Of a stretch of 64,000 nt of DNA, positions 12,436-24,059 are shown in pieces. This stretch comes from Raillietiella orientalis (taxonomy: Eukaryota). The position numbers were made by a program, and so were the translations under genes. A model generated the notes under the pieces. That model saw only the letters and a list, made by a program, of their open reading frames with translations. It was not told the origin of the DNA and did not search any database. Position 1 is the first letter of the stretch. Each line of letters opens with the position of its first letter. The stretch spans positions 62,001 to 126,000 of the forward strand of contig JAYWIR010000098.1 in NCBI GenBank assembly GCA_036172245.1. The letters are read 5' to 3'.

Positions 12436-15423
12436 TTTGTAACCCGGATATGCCGGGGCATTTATTATTCTAAATTTTTACAAAAACTAGATAATAAAGT
12501 CTTTAAAAAGATGTTTTCTGTGGGGAAACACTGTGTCCTCCCACCTTGCTTGACGTGTTCGTTGCCGGTGCATAGACCGGTTAGGTCCATTCCTCAGGCG
12601 CATGGGAAGGGAAAACTAGAACAAAAACAAACAAAAAGACACATAACAAGGAGGGAAACAGTTATATGGGAAGAGAAGGGGGGCATAGCAGAATTACTGG
12701 ACGCCTAAGTCGGTCTTTCGCATCCTGTTGAGGATGCAGTCAAGCTCGGTTTTTATGGTGAAAGGTAGACGCCACCTTGTCGCCGTCTCTAAAGAGATCG
12801 TCGTCCAGTGGATGGCGTCCCTGCATCTTAGGGCTCCTCTTCTGGCGTGCTACCTTTGCACAATGCCGCGCACGCAGCAAAAGAAATGCTAGAGACGCAG
12901 CGGGGCGCAGGCCGTCACGCAGAAAGAGGCGACGGTAAATTTCCTTATGGTCGCCTACTGGAAGATAGAGGATTGGGGCGATTCGACTCCAGAGTCCATC
13001 CAGGGCGACACACTCGAGGGTGAGATGCGGGAAGGTTTCTCTTTCTCCGCACTCGACAAAGCGGGCATCCACATTCCCCAGTGTCCAGTGAGACAGGCGT
13101 GCTCTGCTTAACAGTCCCCAGTGCAGAAATAGCAACGCCGTCTCCTGCCAATTCAAAGAAAGTGTTCCGCAATTTAAACACGCTGGGGGCCACTTCACCT
13201 CCTCCGGAGGTATTGCGAACAGCTCTCCCCAGCGCGCAAGTCCGTGAAACGGGAAGCTCGGGCTGGCAGCGTCCGTGATCTCCCGAGTCGTCCACGCCTT
13301 TAAAGGTTTATTCCTGCCTCGGATGAGGCAGGACACTTCCCACGATGCCCGCTCGTTGCTGCTCCTAGTGTTTTTTAGGGAGGACAGAACAAGGGCAAGG
13401 GGGCTGAAAGAAGCCCACAGAAACTTCCGGGCGTGTTGATAATCTCCTGCAGCGGCTGTCGAGCGTACGGTCCTCGTCGTAGGCAGTTGTATTCCGCCTC
13501 GCTCGTGCCGCTGATCTTAGCCCACGCGGAAGCTGACTCCTGAAGCCAGGCAGTGCAGTTCGCGGGGAGGCAGGAGATGCAGGTATTCTCCCTCATCAGG
13601 GCGACCATTTGGCGCAAATCGGAGCCACAGTTGGAGAGGCTGTGCTGGTAGGCCACGGAGAGCGAGGGCAATCCCTCGCAGCCGGTCGCTCTTCTGGCGT
13701 GGAGACGAGTCGGTACGCATCATGGCGTCATCCATTAGTTAGCCGCTAGGACTAGCTTCCGTATTGTTGTTTGTAGTTGGATGCGCTCCAACGTAAGGTG
13801 GCCCAAGCCATCATCCCTGCATGGAGCGCACAAGTCTTTCAATCGGACTCGCAACCTCGCTTTGCCCTAAAGGGCAGTCCTCAAGAGGGCTTTGGTCCGT
13901 CTCTGTATGTAAGAGGGGCGAAGAAAACAAAAAGTGAGGGGCGAAGGAGGGGGGCCGCGAACGCGTTCCACACCGCGGCCCGCTCCTGCAAGTAAAACTT
14001 GCCGTTCCGGAACGGGCCGATCGCCAACTCCACCTATTGGAGACGGTCGGACCAGGCCTTTGCAACGCAGAAGTCTCCCGATGGAACGCCTAGGTACTTG
14101 AAGCACCTGCCCGTGGGAATCCCCAAGCGGAGTCAGTCAGACCGTCTGGCACACGCCGTATTGCTTAAAAGTAGTGGTGATGTAGGAACGATGGAAGATT
14201 TCTCTCTGTTCACCTCTAGGCCCGTCCCGCGGCGCAGCAACTCAAAGAAATCTTCGAATGACGACGCCGGGGTGGACCCGGGGAGCAGGAGCAGAAGGTG
14301 GTCGGCGTCAGTCGACACGGCAGGCGTACCGTGACACGAGCTTACAGGGTTGCCCGAGTCTCCCCGTATGCCCTCAGCAACAGCTCGAAGTAGATGCTGA
14401 AGAGCAAGGGGCTCAGACTGTCACCCTGCCTTATGCAACGCCGAACCGGCACGCCGTACACGTGCCGGCCGCTAAAAGAGATGTTTATCAGAGCGAAGTG
14501 CCAGCAGGAGCGCAGCTTAGCCCGGAAGACGGCCGGGAATTTCAAGCGTTCCAGGAGCTCCAGAAGGAGTTCCTGGTCGGCGCAATCGAACGCTTTACGC
14601 AGAACGACTGCGACCGCAAGGGCACCGGGCGCGGCTCTTCCATAAAGGGCGTCCCCTCCCTGGTCACAGGAGAATCCAGGATTCTCTTGACCTACCTGGT
14701 GTTCGCTTTGTTGCAAGTGCCACTATGTACTGGCGAGGAACAGGTTGGCCTCCATGCTTCGTCCGGGAACAGCATATGACTGCTCCGGACTTACCACGGA
14801 TTCCGCCACCCGTCCCTGTCGCTCAGCCCAAAGCTTGGAAAGCATCTTGGCATCCGCATTCACTGCTGTGATAAGACGCCAGTTGCCTACGTAGCGATTG
14901 TCTCCTTCTTTCGTCAGGAGACGTACTCTAGCTTACCGGAACGATTTGGGGACGTCCCCTTGTTCTCGGATCAGCATGCAAAGTCGATGCACCAGGAGGG
15001 CCAGCTCCGCCACGAAGCCTTTGTAGAACTCCGCATGCAGACCGTCTTCTCCAGGTGCTTTCCTCTTTCTGAGCTTTCCGATGGCGGAGACGATCTTTGC
15101 CATCGAGAAAGGCTCCTCGAGTTAATGTGTCTGCTCCTCCTGCAGCGCGGGGGCGCCTTGCGGCAGCGAGCGCTGCGCCACGGCGCGCTCCGTTGTTCTA
15201 CGCGCGTACAAGTGGACGTAATAGTCCCGCAAGGTGCAATTTATTTTCGCAGGAGGTGAGCATTCCTGGCCTAGGGCGTCCAGAAAGCTGGCCGACCCGG
15301 ATTGACAGGTCTGTCGCTCAGCCCAGTTTTATACTCCGCCAGGCATCGAACGTCGAGAGTCCAAGACTAAAGACGTGCGTCGTAGTATGCCCGGTCGTTC
15401 CTCAGCCCTTCGCCGAAACCTGG
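12436..15423 (-). mobile_element. Family-A LINE, 3' part of a host copy (linker, RT, C-terminus, 3' UTR); continues at 22677
   Basis: RKAFD, RQGDSLSPLLF and ECGERETFPHLTLEC, with a terminal hairpin at ~12440-12460. Breaks at 'PGFGEG'. Confidence 0.88.
15410..15423. repeat. 14-bp TSD copy 1 (tcgccgaaacctgg)
   Basis: Identical at 16991-17004; one mismatch at 22677-22690 (tcgccgaatcctgg). Confidence 0.88.
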
Positions 15424-16990
15424 TCGAGACGGCGATCGGCCCGTTCCTGGAAGGCAAGTTTCACTCGCCGGAACGGGCCGCGGTTTGGAACGCCTTCGCG
15501 GCCCCCATACTCCGCCCCTTGCTTTTTGTTTGCCCCGCCCCCGTGGAATCGAAAAAGCGGACGAAGGACCTCCTCCGCATAGCTCTTTGGGGCAAGGGGA
15601 GGCCCCGAGTCCCTTTGAAGGACTTGTGCGCTCCGCGTCGGGACGGCGGTCTCAGCATCCTGACGCTGGAGCGCGTGGAAATCCAGCTGCGATGGCGGAC
15701 CCTCGCCATCGCAGCGAAGATGTGGAGCACCGCTTGGTGCATTCCGGCCCGTCTCCTGGCCATGCGTGTGTCCCGCTGCGAAGGACACGCATCGTTTCTT
15801 CTGTGCCCTGGCCGGAAGATTCGAAGATGCGGTCTACTGCTCGGCCGCATGGCAACCCTGGCAAAGGAGAACGACTGGATGGTTTGTGGCTCTGCCAACT
15901 CCTTTGCTTGGCTGGAAGAGACTGCTGGCACCTGGGCCAAGCTGAACCAGAGGTGCGAAGACCAGATGAACTGCCTGCGAGTCGGCTTTTACGCCCGCCG
16001 AACTCTCCGTGAAATACTTGAATTTCCACCGAGTTGCACGTGGGCGGAAGGCACACCCCTTGTTACGGCGATGCCCTTCCTCCAAAGGGCGCTTCACGAA
16101 AGCCGGAAGCCAAGGTGGCAAGTCTGCTGCCGTATCGCAGGCAGAGAGAAGACGATGAGCGGCTGGACCATGGGAGAGTTGACAGATGCAACGACCCCTA
16201 GTATCCAGCCGCGTGGATTAAGAAGATGGGGCGAGCTGCTCGGCATTCGATTGGATGACCTGAAGTGGCCCCCGGTTCTACTTGGATCCAGGATTCTTCC
16301 CCTGAAGTGGCAAGAATCGGCGCTTCTGTGGCTGCATTGGGGTCTACCCTGCAACGCGCGCCGCTTCCACTGGACGCGGGGAAGAGTAAATCCTGCGTGT
16401 GCCAGGTGTGGGGAGCGGGAGTCGCTCCCCCACCTCTTAGTTGAATGCCCTGCCGTCCGGATTCTTTGGGAACGTCTTCAAACGGCACTTGGGATACCGG
16501 ATGCTGGCAATGGTGGATGTATCTTCAGTCTTGTCTTCGTGCGGGACGCCCTCAGTCCAGCTGCAGCCCTGGCAGCACTTTGCTGCATTCGTGGTATAGT
16601 GGCGGCCTGGAGTGATGCCGAAGATGAAGACTGCATCGTGAGGGATGTCATCGAGTATGCTTCTCGCTTCCTGCAGAGAGCTACCCGATGGACCCATCTA
16701 GGAAGGATGAAAAAGGAACTAGAAGGCATCCTGCAAAGGATGGGCCCTCCCAACAGTTTTCTGTGATCCCTTCCCGGCCCTCCAAACTTTTTTTTGTTTT
16801 TTGTTTTTCTCTTTTATTTTATTTTTGTTTTCTCCCCCATCCCCCTCCACTGCTGAGGAGAGCCACACCGAGCTGCGTCCCGGTGTCCCGGCAGTTCCGG
16901 TATTGCGTGGCCGTCAGTGGGGCCTTGTACCACGTTCTGTATTGACCGTTGAAATGTTTTTAATAAACGTCCCGGCGTATCCGGGTGGCA
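15424..16990 (+). mobile_element. 5'-truncated family-A LINE (ORF2 C-terminal region still open to 16766, plus 3' UTR)
   Basis: ORF 15375-16766 contains CARCGERESLPHLLVEC. Closely similar to 21102-22676 and flanked by TSD copies 1 and 2. Confidence 0.92.
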
Positions 16991-17004
16991 TCGCCGAAAC
17001 CTGG

Positions 17005-20000
17005 TGTGAATGGACGTGTTTTTTGGGCGCTCCGCCAGCGCTTGTCTGGGAAGCAACCGGAGTTTTAACTGTAGTTAGGTGTCAAGTGTGGGTCGTCGGT
17101 GTCCGATGGCAGTTGTGCCAGAGGACACCGCGATGGATGTAGTTGAGGGGGAGGCAAGTCCTTCCACAAGATTTACAGCTATGGGGGCAATAGTCCCTGG
17201 AACGTGTTCGCAGCCGGTGAAGACTTGGAGTGAAATGGTCGCCGCCCCCAGTGCGGAGGCCATGGCCGAGGAAGCCGCCTATCGAGCCTCTGAATACAAG
17301 CCGTCGCTTGTATTCAAGGTAGGCCCTTTGTTTGCAGGAAACACGGCGCGCTCTTTCAGCAGAGCCCTTCAAAATGTTAATGTCCGTAAGGTAGATCTGG
17401 AAGGTCTGTGCGTGCTCAGCGGGGCGCAGCGGGTTCAGCTGGTGTGCAAGAGCATCAGCCTAGCCGATCGCCTTATAGATACCCCGCTGATCAAGGACGG
17501 CCGTAAGATCTTCCCCGTCTCAATGGACCACTCGGTTGTGGTCCACTTGACAGGTATATCCAACCGCATGACGCGCACTGCCGTCAAAGACGGATTAAGC
17601 AAGTACGGGGACGTACACGCGCTGTGGCCGGAGCCCACAATCTTTGAGGGCTACGGACGCCACTTCGAGGGCCTCGCCGCGGCACGTGTAACCCCAAAAG
17701 ACGAAGAGAAGCTACCTTACAAACTTGAGGTCGCGGGAGAACCGGTAGACCTCTGGTATGCGGGCAAGCTACGGTATTGCGGCTACTGCGATGCGGTCGG
17801 ACACATCCGAAAGAGGTGCCCAAACATCGTATGCCACTTGTGCGGGGAGAAGGGACACGTCCGTCGCGTGTGCTTTAAACGCCTTACCCAGATTCCCTCG
17901 GCCGCCAAAAAGGCGCAAGGGAGACGCGCTGGGAAAAAAAAATTGGAGAACCGTGAAACTGGCCGAGAAAAGCTGCAAATAACCTAAGCTTCAAGCGCGG
18001 CATCGGAGAAAAATCTTCCCGGAACCGCAGAGGGAGAAAAGGGCTGGCAGCTAGTCAAAGCCAGGAAAGAGAAAAAGGACAAGCATGTCCCGAAGGAAGG
18101 AGAGAAGGCGGCGGTCGGAGCAGAAGCTAAATTCGTGTCGCGCGTAAACACTCTCCGAGAATGCATGGTAACGCCGGAGCGCACTGACTTTCCCGCCGAC
18201 ACCACCGGAGGCGATGCAGCTTCGATCGATTTTCCCGCCGCGACGAATGCGCGCGTAAACCCACTACCTGCTTGCGAAGAGGGTCAGCCGGACGACAAAG
18301 TCGCCGAAACCGAGGACGCAGCCTTCGAGAAGGCCGCGGAGGAGCTGGCGGCAACGCTTGCCGAACGTTAGAACCCTTCGCGAAAGGGGATGCGTAGGCC
18401 GAAAGCGGCTAAAATGGCCCTTGCAGGTGAGTCGGACCGGGAAACAGGAAGTGCATTTTCCTCTGCGGAAGCACCATCAAGAAAAGCGGGGCGAAAATCC
18501 CAGAAACCCCGAAGGTGCATTCCGCCTCCGCGCGAGGGGGATCCAATGGAGGAGTTACCAGTGGATGAAAGCGTGGGAGACCAAGTCGGGCATCACCAAC
18601 GTGGGGCAACCGACGAGAAGGCGACTCAAATGGAGGAAGGTAACCAGGGGTCAGCAATGCCCTCTGAAACCGGCGAACCTGAACCACCGGCACCGATGGA
18701 AGTGGGCCAACAGGTACGAACAACACCACCTTCGCACGGGCAGCCGGAGACGTCGGCACGTAAGAAGGATGGGGAGTTGGTGGGCAAGACGCCAGCCCCG
18801 TCCAGCGACTCGCCCCAAAAGGTGGCAGGAGCACCACCGCCAGGTTCCCAGGAATAACACCTGGACTCGCCTGTCGCCGTCGGATCCGCGCAGCCAGCTG
18901 GAATGTTAACGGGCTGCGCGACGATGGAAACAGACGAGATACAGCCGCCACCTTGCGACATTTCGACCTGGTTCTTTTGCAGGAGATCCACGTGATCACC
19001 GCAAAAGACGCACAGAAGATCGAAACGATCGCGGGAGGGCGGTTGTACTGGCGATGCGGCGCCCGCAACACTTCTGGGGTCGCGTTATTCCTAAAGTCAG
19101 CCATTAACGCGGCCTTGAAGAGCGTGCGCTTTGGGGACGACGGACGGATCGGCCAACTGATTCTCAGAGGGTCCGATGCGATCGACCTCATCGTCACCAA
19201 TGTGTACGCTCCTAGAGGTAAATAGGGATACCAGCAGGGCAACGCGTTACTGGAAACCTAGAAGCGCGAATGGCTGGTGGACGCAGACGTGCGAAAGTTG
19301 CATCTGATAGCAGGGGATTTCAACGTCCGTCTGCTCTCAGATCAGCCCGGAGCACAGGGGAACGCGATCAACGAGTTGTGCGTCGCCATGCGCGCGCGCA
19401 ACTTGTTGACAGAAATAAGCGGGATGGTCAACAGCGTGGACCACCTCTTCCTCGACGAAGACCTGTGCAGACGGGTCGGAAAACGAGGAAAACTTGGATC
19501 GACGCTTTCTGACCATTCCCGGTTATTATTCGAGATGCGCCCGCGCGACAAGGGATCGCCATCCAGGGATTGGCGTATGCCAGGGGACTGGACGGGCCTG
19601 TCAGGTGCGAAAGAACATCTTCGCGAATTCCAGCGAGGCGTCACCCTCCAGTGTCTCGCGGATTGGGAACTATTTAAGGACTCGGTCCGGGAGTTCTGCG
19701 AACAGTTCCCTGTGCAACGTCTGCTCCGGTGATTCCGCGATGGAGCTTGCAAAGAACGCGCGTATTTGCACGCGCGTCGTCACAAAAGTAACCCCAATGT
19801 CCGTCGCCTGGCCGAATACCGCGCCGGAGCCGAACCATAAGGCTGGCAGTCCGGGTCAGCCAGCATGCTGGATGACCTGGGCCGGGGAACGTTCGTCCCC
19901 ATCTGCGGTACGGAATCTCGTGCGGGGTTTTTATTCCTCCCTTTACGCGAAAACTCCACCCGAACAAAACGCCTCGCGACGATTGCTCATGAGTGGTTCC

Positions 20001-22676
20001 GTGGCGCTAGGGGAGGAGGAGGAAGAAATGCTCGATGAGTCTTTCACGACCGGTGAAATTCTCGGCGGTCTCAAAAGGCTCAAGAGGCGTAAGGCGCCGG
20101 GGGAGGACGGCTTGCCCGCGGAGTTCTTTTAGAGTTTCGCGGAAGAGCTGGACCACCTGGTATTCGAGTTTACAAGGCGAATCCGAGACGAAGGCGATGT
20201 TCCCGCCTCGTTTCGGTCAGCCAGGGTGAGCCTCCTCCCGAATTGAGGAGACCTCAGGAAACTTTGCAACTGGCGTCCGATCACGATTCTGAACACGGAC
20301 GCCAAGTTGATTGGCGGGCTGTGGGCGTCGCGATTAGGGCAGGTGTCCAATTCCATAATTAGCCCGGAGCAGACATACGGTGTTCCCGGGCGAAGTATGA
20401 ACGACAACCCTTTCTTCGCGAGCACATGGATACAGGCGAAGCGGAGTAAGAAAGAAGGGAAAAGGAAAATTTTGAACCCTTCTTTGGGGCCGCCAGTAGG
20501 ACAGGGTAGGGACGCTCGTGCGGTAAAGGGGGCCTTAGCGTTCGCAGTCGACCTCCATAAGGCATTCGACTGTGTTGACCAGGAACTCCTCTTGGAGCTT
20601 TTGGGTCGCATGGGCTTCCCACCCTCTTTGATGACCTACGTGCGCTCTTGCTGACGGAACGCGATAATCTCGATTACTTTTAGTGGACAAAAGGTGTATG
20701 GCGTGCTGGTTTGGCTAAGCATAAGGCAGAGCGACAGCCTCAGCCCCTGAATTTTAGCACCTACGCTGAGTTGGTGCTGAGAGCGTACAGGGTGACTTTG
20801 GCCCCCTTGCCGAGCTCGTGCCCCGGCACGCCAGCCGCAGTGGCGTATGCCGACGATCTTCTGCTCCTCTTACCTATGTACCCTGGCGAAGGAGGTCGGA
20901 GATTTCTTCGACCTGCTTAGCCGTGAGGCCGGATAACAGGTTAACAGGGCGAAGTCGTCAGTGTTGCCAGTTGGAGCGACGTGGGCAGGGTAGCAGGACT
21001 GGGTCCGTCTGGGGATCCCCACGGTGAGCTGCATCAAGTAGCTCGGGGTGCCGACGGGGGAATTCTCCCCTACCGAAGCGTGGTCCAGCTGCCTCCAAAA
21101 AGTCAAGACGGCGATGGGCCCGTTCCTGGAATGTAAGTTTCACTTGCTGGAACGGGCCGCGGTTGGGATCGCCTTCGCGGCCTCCATCCTCCGCACCGTG
21201 CTTCTTGTTTGCCCCGCCCCAGTGGAATCTAAAAAGCGGACGAAGGACCTCCTCCGCATAACTCCTTGGGGCAAGGGGAGGCCCCGAGTCCCTTTGAAGG
21301 ACTTGTGCGCTCCGCGTCGGGACGGCGGTCTCAGCATCCTGACGCTAGAGCGCGTGGAAATCCAGCTGCGATGGCGGACCCTCGCCATCGCAGCGAAGAT
21401 GTGGAGCACCGCTTGGTGCATTCCGGCCCGCCTCCCGGCCAGGCGTGTTTCTTGCTGCAAAGGACTCGCATCGATTCTTCTGTGCTCAGGCCGGAAGATT
21501 CGAAGATGCGGTCTACTGCTCGGCCGCATGGCAACCCTGGCAAATGAGAACGACTGGAGGGTTTGTGGCCCTGCCAACTCCTCCGCTTGGCTGGAAGAGA
21601 CTGCTGGCACCTGGGCCAAGCAGAACCAGAGTTGCGGAGACCCGATGAACTGTTTGCGAGTCGGCTTTTACTCTCGCCGAACTCTTCGTGAAATACTTGA
21701 ATTTCCACCGCGTTGCACGTGAGCGGAAGGCACACTTCTTGTTTCGGTGATGCCCTTCCTCCAAAGGGCGCTTCACGAAACCAGGAAGCCAAGGTGGCAA
21801 GTCTGCTGCCCTATCGCAGGCAGAGAGAAGATGATGGGCGGCTGGACCATGGGAGAGTTGATAGATGCAACGACCCCTAGTCTCCAGCTGCGTGGATTAA
21901 GAAGATGGGGCGAGCTGCTCGGCATTTGATTGAATGACCTGAAGTGGCCCCCGGTTCTACTTGGATCCAGGATTCTTCCCCTCAAGTGGCAAGAATCGGC
22001 GCTTCTGTGGATGCATTGGGGTCTACCCTGCAACGCGCGCCGCTCCCACTGGACGCGAGAAAGAGTAAATCCAGCGTGTGCCAGGTGTGGGGAGCGGGAG
22101 TCGCTCCCCCACCTCTTAGTTGAATGCCCTGCCGTGCGGATTCTTTGGGATCGTCTCAGAACGGCCCTTGGGATACCGGATGGTGGCAACCCCAGAGACG
22201 TGTACAGTCTTGTCTTCGTGCGGGGCGCCCTCAGTCCAGCCGCAGCCCTGGCAGCACTTTGCATCATTCGTGGTATAGGCGCGGACTGGACTGATGCCGA
22301 AGATGAAGACTGCATCGTGGGGGATGTCATCGAGTATGCTTCTCGCTTCCTGCAGAGAGCTATCCGATGGCCCCATGTAGGAAAACTGAAAAGGGAACTA
22401 GAAGGCATCCTGCAAAGTATGGGCCCTCCCAGCAGTTTTCTGTGATCCCTTCCCGGCCTTCCAAACTTTTTTTTTTTTTTTGTGGTTTGTTTTTCTCTTT
22501 TATTTTATTTTTGTTTTCTCCCCCATACCCCTTCATTGCCGAGGAGAGCCACACCGAGCTGCGTCCCGGTGTCCCGGCAGTTCCGGTATTGCGTGGCCGT
22601 CAGTGGGGCTTTGTACCACGTTCTCTATTGACTGTTGAAATGTTTTTAATAAACGTCCCGGCGTATCCGGTTGGCA
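17005..22676 (+). mobile_element. Full-length (~5.67 kb) family-A LINE with decayed ORFs, flanked by TSD copies 2 and 3
   Basis: 5' UTR tggacgtgtttt, ORF1 17106-18857, ORF2 ~18854-22445 (SWNVNG, GDFN, SDH, KAFD, YADD, CARC..H..C) and a 3' terminal hairpin. Confidence 0.93.
17106..18857 (+). pseudogene. LINE ORF1 with two CCHC zinc knuckles (internal stops)
   Basis: CGYCDAVGHIRKRC and CHLCGEKGHVRRVC. Confidence 0.88.
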
Positions 22677-24059
22677 TCGCCGAATCCTGGAGGGAGACGG
22701 TTTTTGGGAAACTGGTCGCAGAGCTCGCGGACTGAGCTCTTCAAGTCGTCTTAGTCCGCGAGCGACTGCAGATGGAAGACTTGCAGGAACGAGCGAAGAT
22801 GTTGCGCTGCTCCTGCGAGGCGCAACCAGTCCCCTGGCAAACGCCACGCTGTGGAGGGTGGACCTCTACCGCGCGGGTGTATTTCTATCACGAGCCGGGG
22901 ATGGTCGGAAAGTTCGGATGGCACTGCCCCTCGATTTCCCACCTGCAAACACAGGTGGTTGTCGAGGAACATGTGGTCGATCCTCGTCTCCGTCCCGGCG
23001 TCACCGGCCAACGAGTTGCGCGCGTGCTTGGCAGCGCACATCTCGTTTACCAGCTGTGTGCGAATGTCGGGCGCACCTGCCAGCAGGCGGATGTTAAAGT
23101 CCCCGGCAATGAAGTGCGCCTTTCGCATCTCTGCTTCGGCCAGCCAATCTCGCCGCTGGCTTTTGAAGAACGCAGTGCGTTCCTTGCGCCTGTGGCTCGT
23201 GTCGGGCGCTTACACGTTGGTCACGACGAGGTCGATCGCGTCGGACCACTTGGCAACAAGCTGCGCGATTTGATTTTCCTCGTCGAAGTGCACGTCGCGC
23301 AGCGCTTTAACGACGGCTGGCTTCAGCATGAAAGCCACACCGCGGGTGCGTTCGCTCCCGTTCTCGTATAGGAGCCGCCCGCCTGCGATCCGTTCGAATT
23401 CCTGGGCCTCCTCTGCGTGGAGCACGTGCGTCTCCTGCAGAAGCGCCAGGTCGAAGTCCCGCAGGCTAACGGCCACTTCTCTGCTCTTGCCCTCGTCGCG
23501 CAACCCGTTGACGTTCCAACAGATTACGCGCAGTCGCCGGCAGGAGGAGAGTCCACGCGTTGGTGTGTTTATGGTGTTTGCTTACCGTACTTCGCCTGCT
23601 GTTCAGCAGGCGGGAGTTGTGTATCCATTGCGACGGGCTGTTCCTCGCAAGGAAGCGGTCCGTCGGTGGTTGTGGTGGTGGTTGGAGGATCCTGCTTGGT
23701 TAGGGTTGCCTCCGGCGAGGAGTCGCGAGACCTCGCGGACATCGCCTCCCCGTCGTCGTGGTCCGACCGCATTTCCTCCTCCGCCGGTGGAGGTGCGGAG
23801 CGCCGCGGGTTGCTTACCTTGCGGCCCGCTTTGCTCTTCGGGAGAGCGACAGCCGGAGCGTTGCCGGCTTTGGCTTCGGACTCGGAAGTCTCCGGTCCTT
23901 TCGCCTCAGCCGGACGCCTCAAGGCCTTTTTCTCGGCCTTGGGAGGTTGCTGTAGCATGGCTGCCAACTCTTCCGCCGCCTTTTTGTAATCCCGGTCGTC
24001 GCTGCTCACGCTGGACCCGCGACTTTGTCGCGGCGTCGTCGTTCGCGCGGCGGCATGTT
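22677..24059 (-). mobile_element. 5' part of the host LINE (ORF1 C-terminus, endonuclease, linker) whose 3' part is at 12436-15423
   Basis: CWNVNG, LQETH, GDFN and SDH. The linker '..DQFPKNRLPPGFG' joins 'EGLRNDRAY' across the TSD. Confidence 0.87.

Noticed and set aside
16890..16912. ccggtattgc resembling the U2 snRNA 3' stem-loop
   Set aside because: The match is too short and no other U2 features are present.
15424..22676. 1.57-kb direct repeats read as LTRs
   Set aside because: The repeats are ORF2 C-terminus plus 3' UTR, each bounded by the TSD. There are no TG..CA ends, PBS or integrase.
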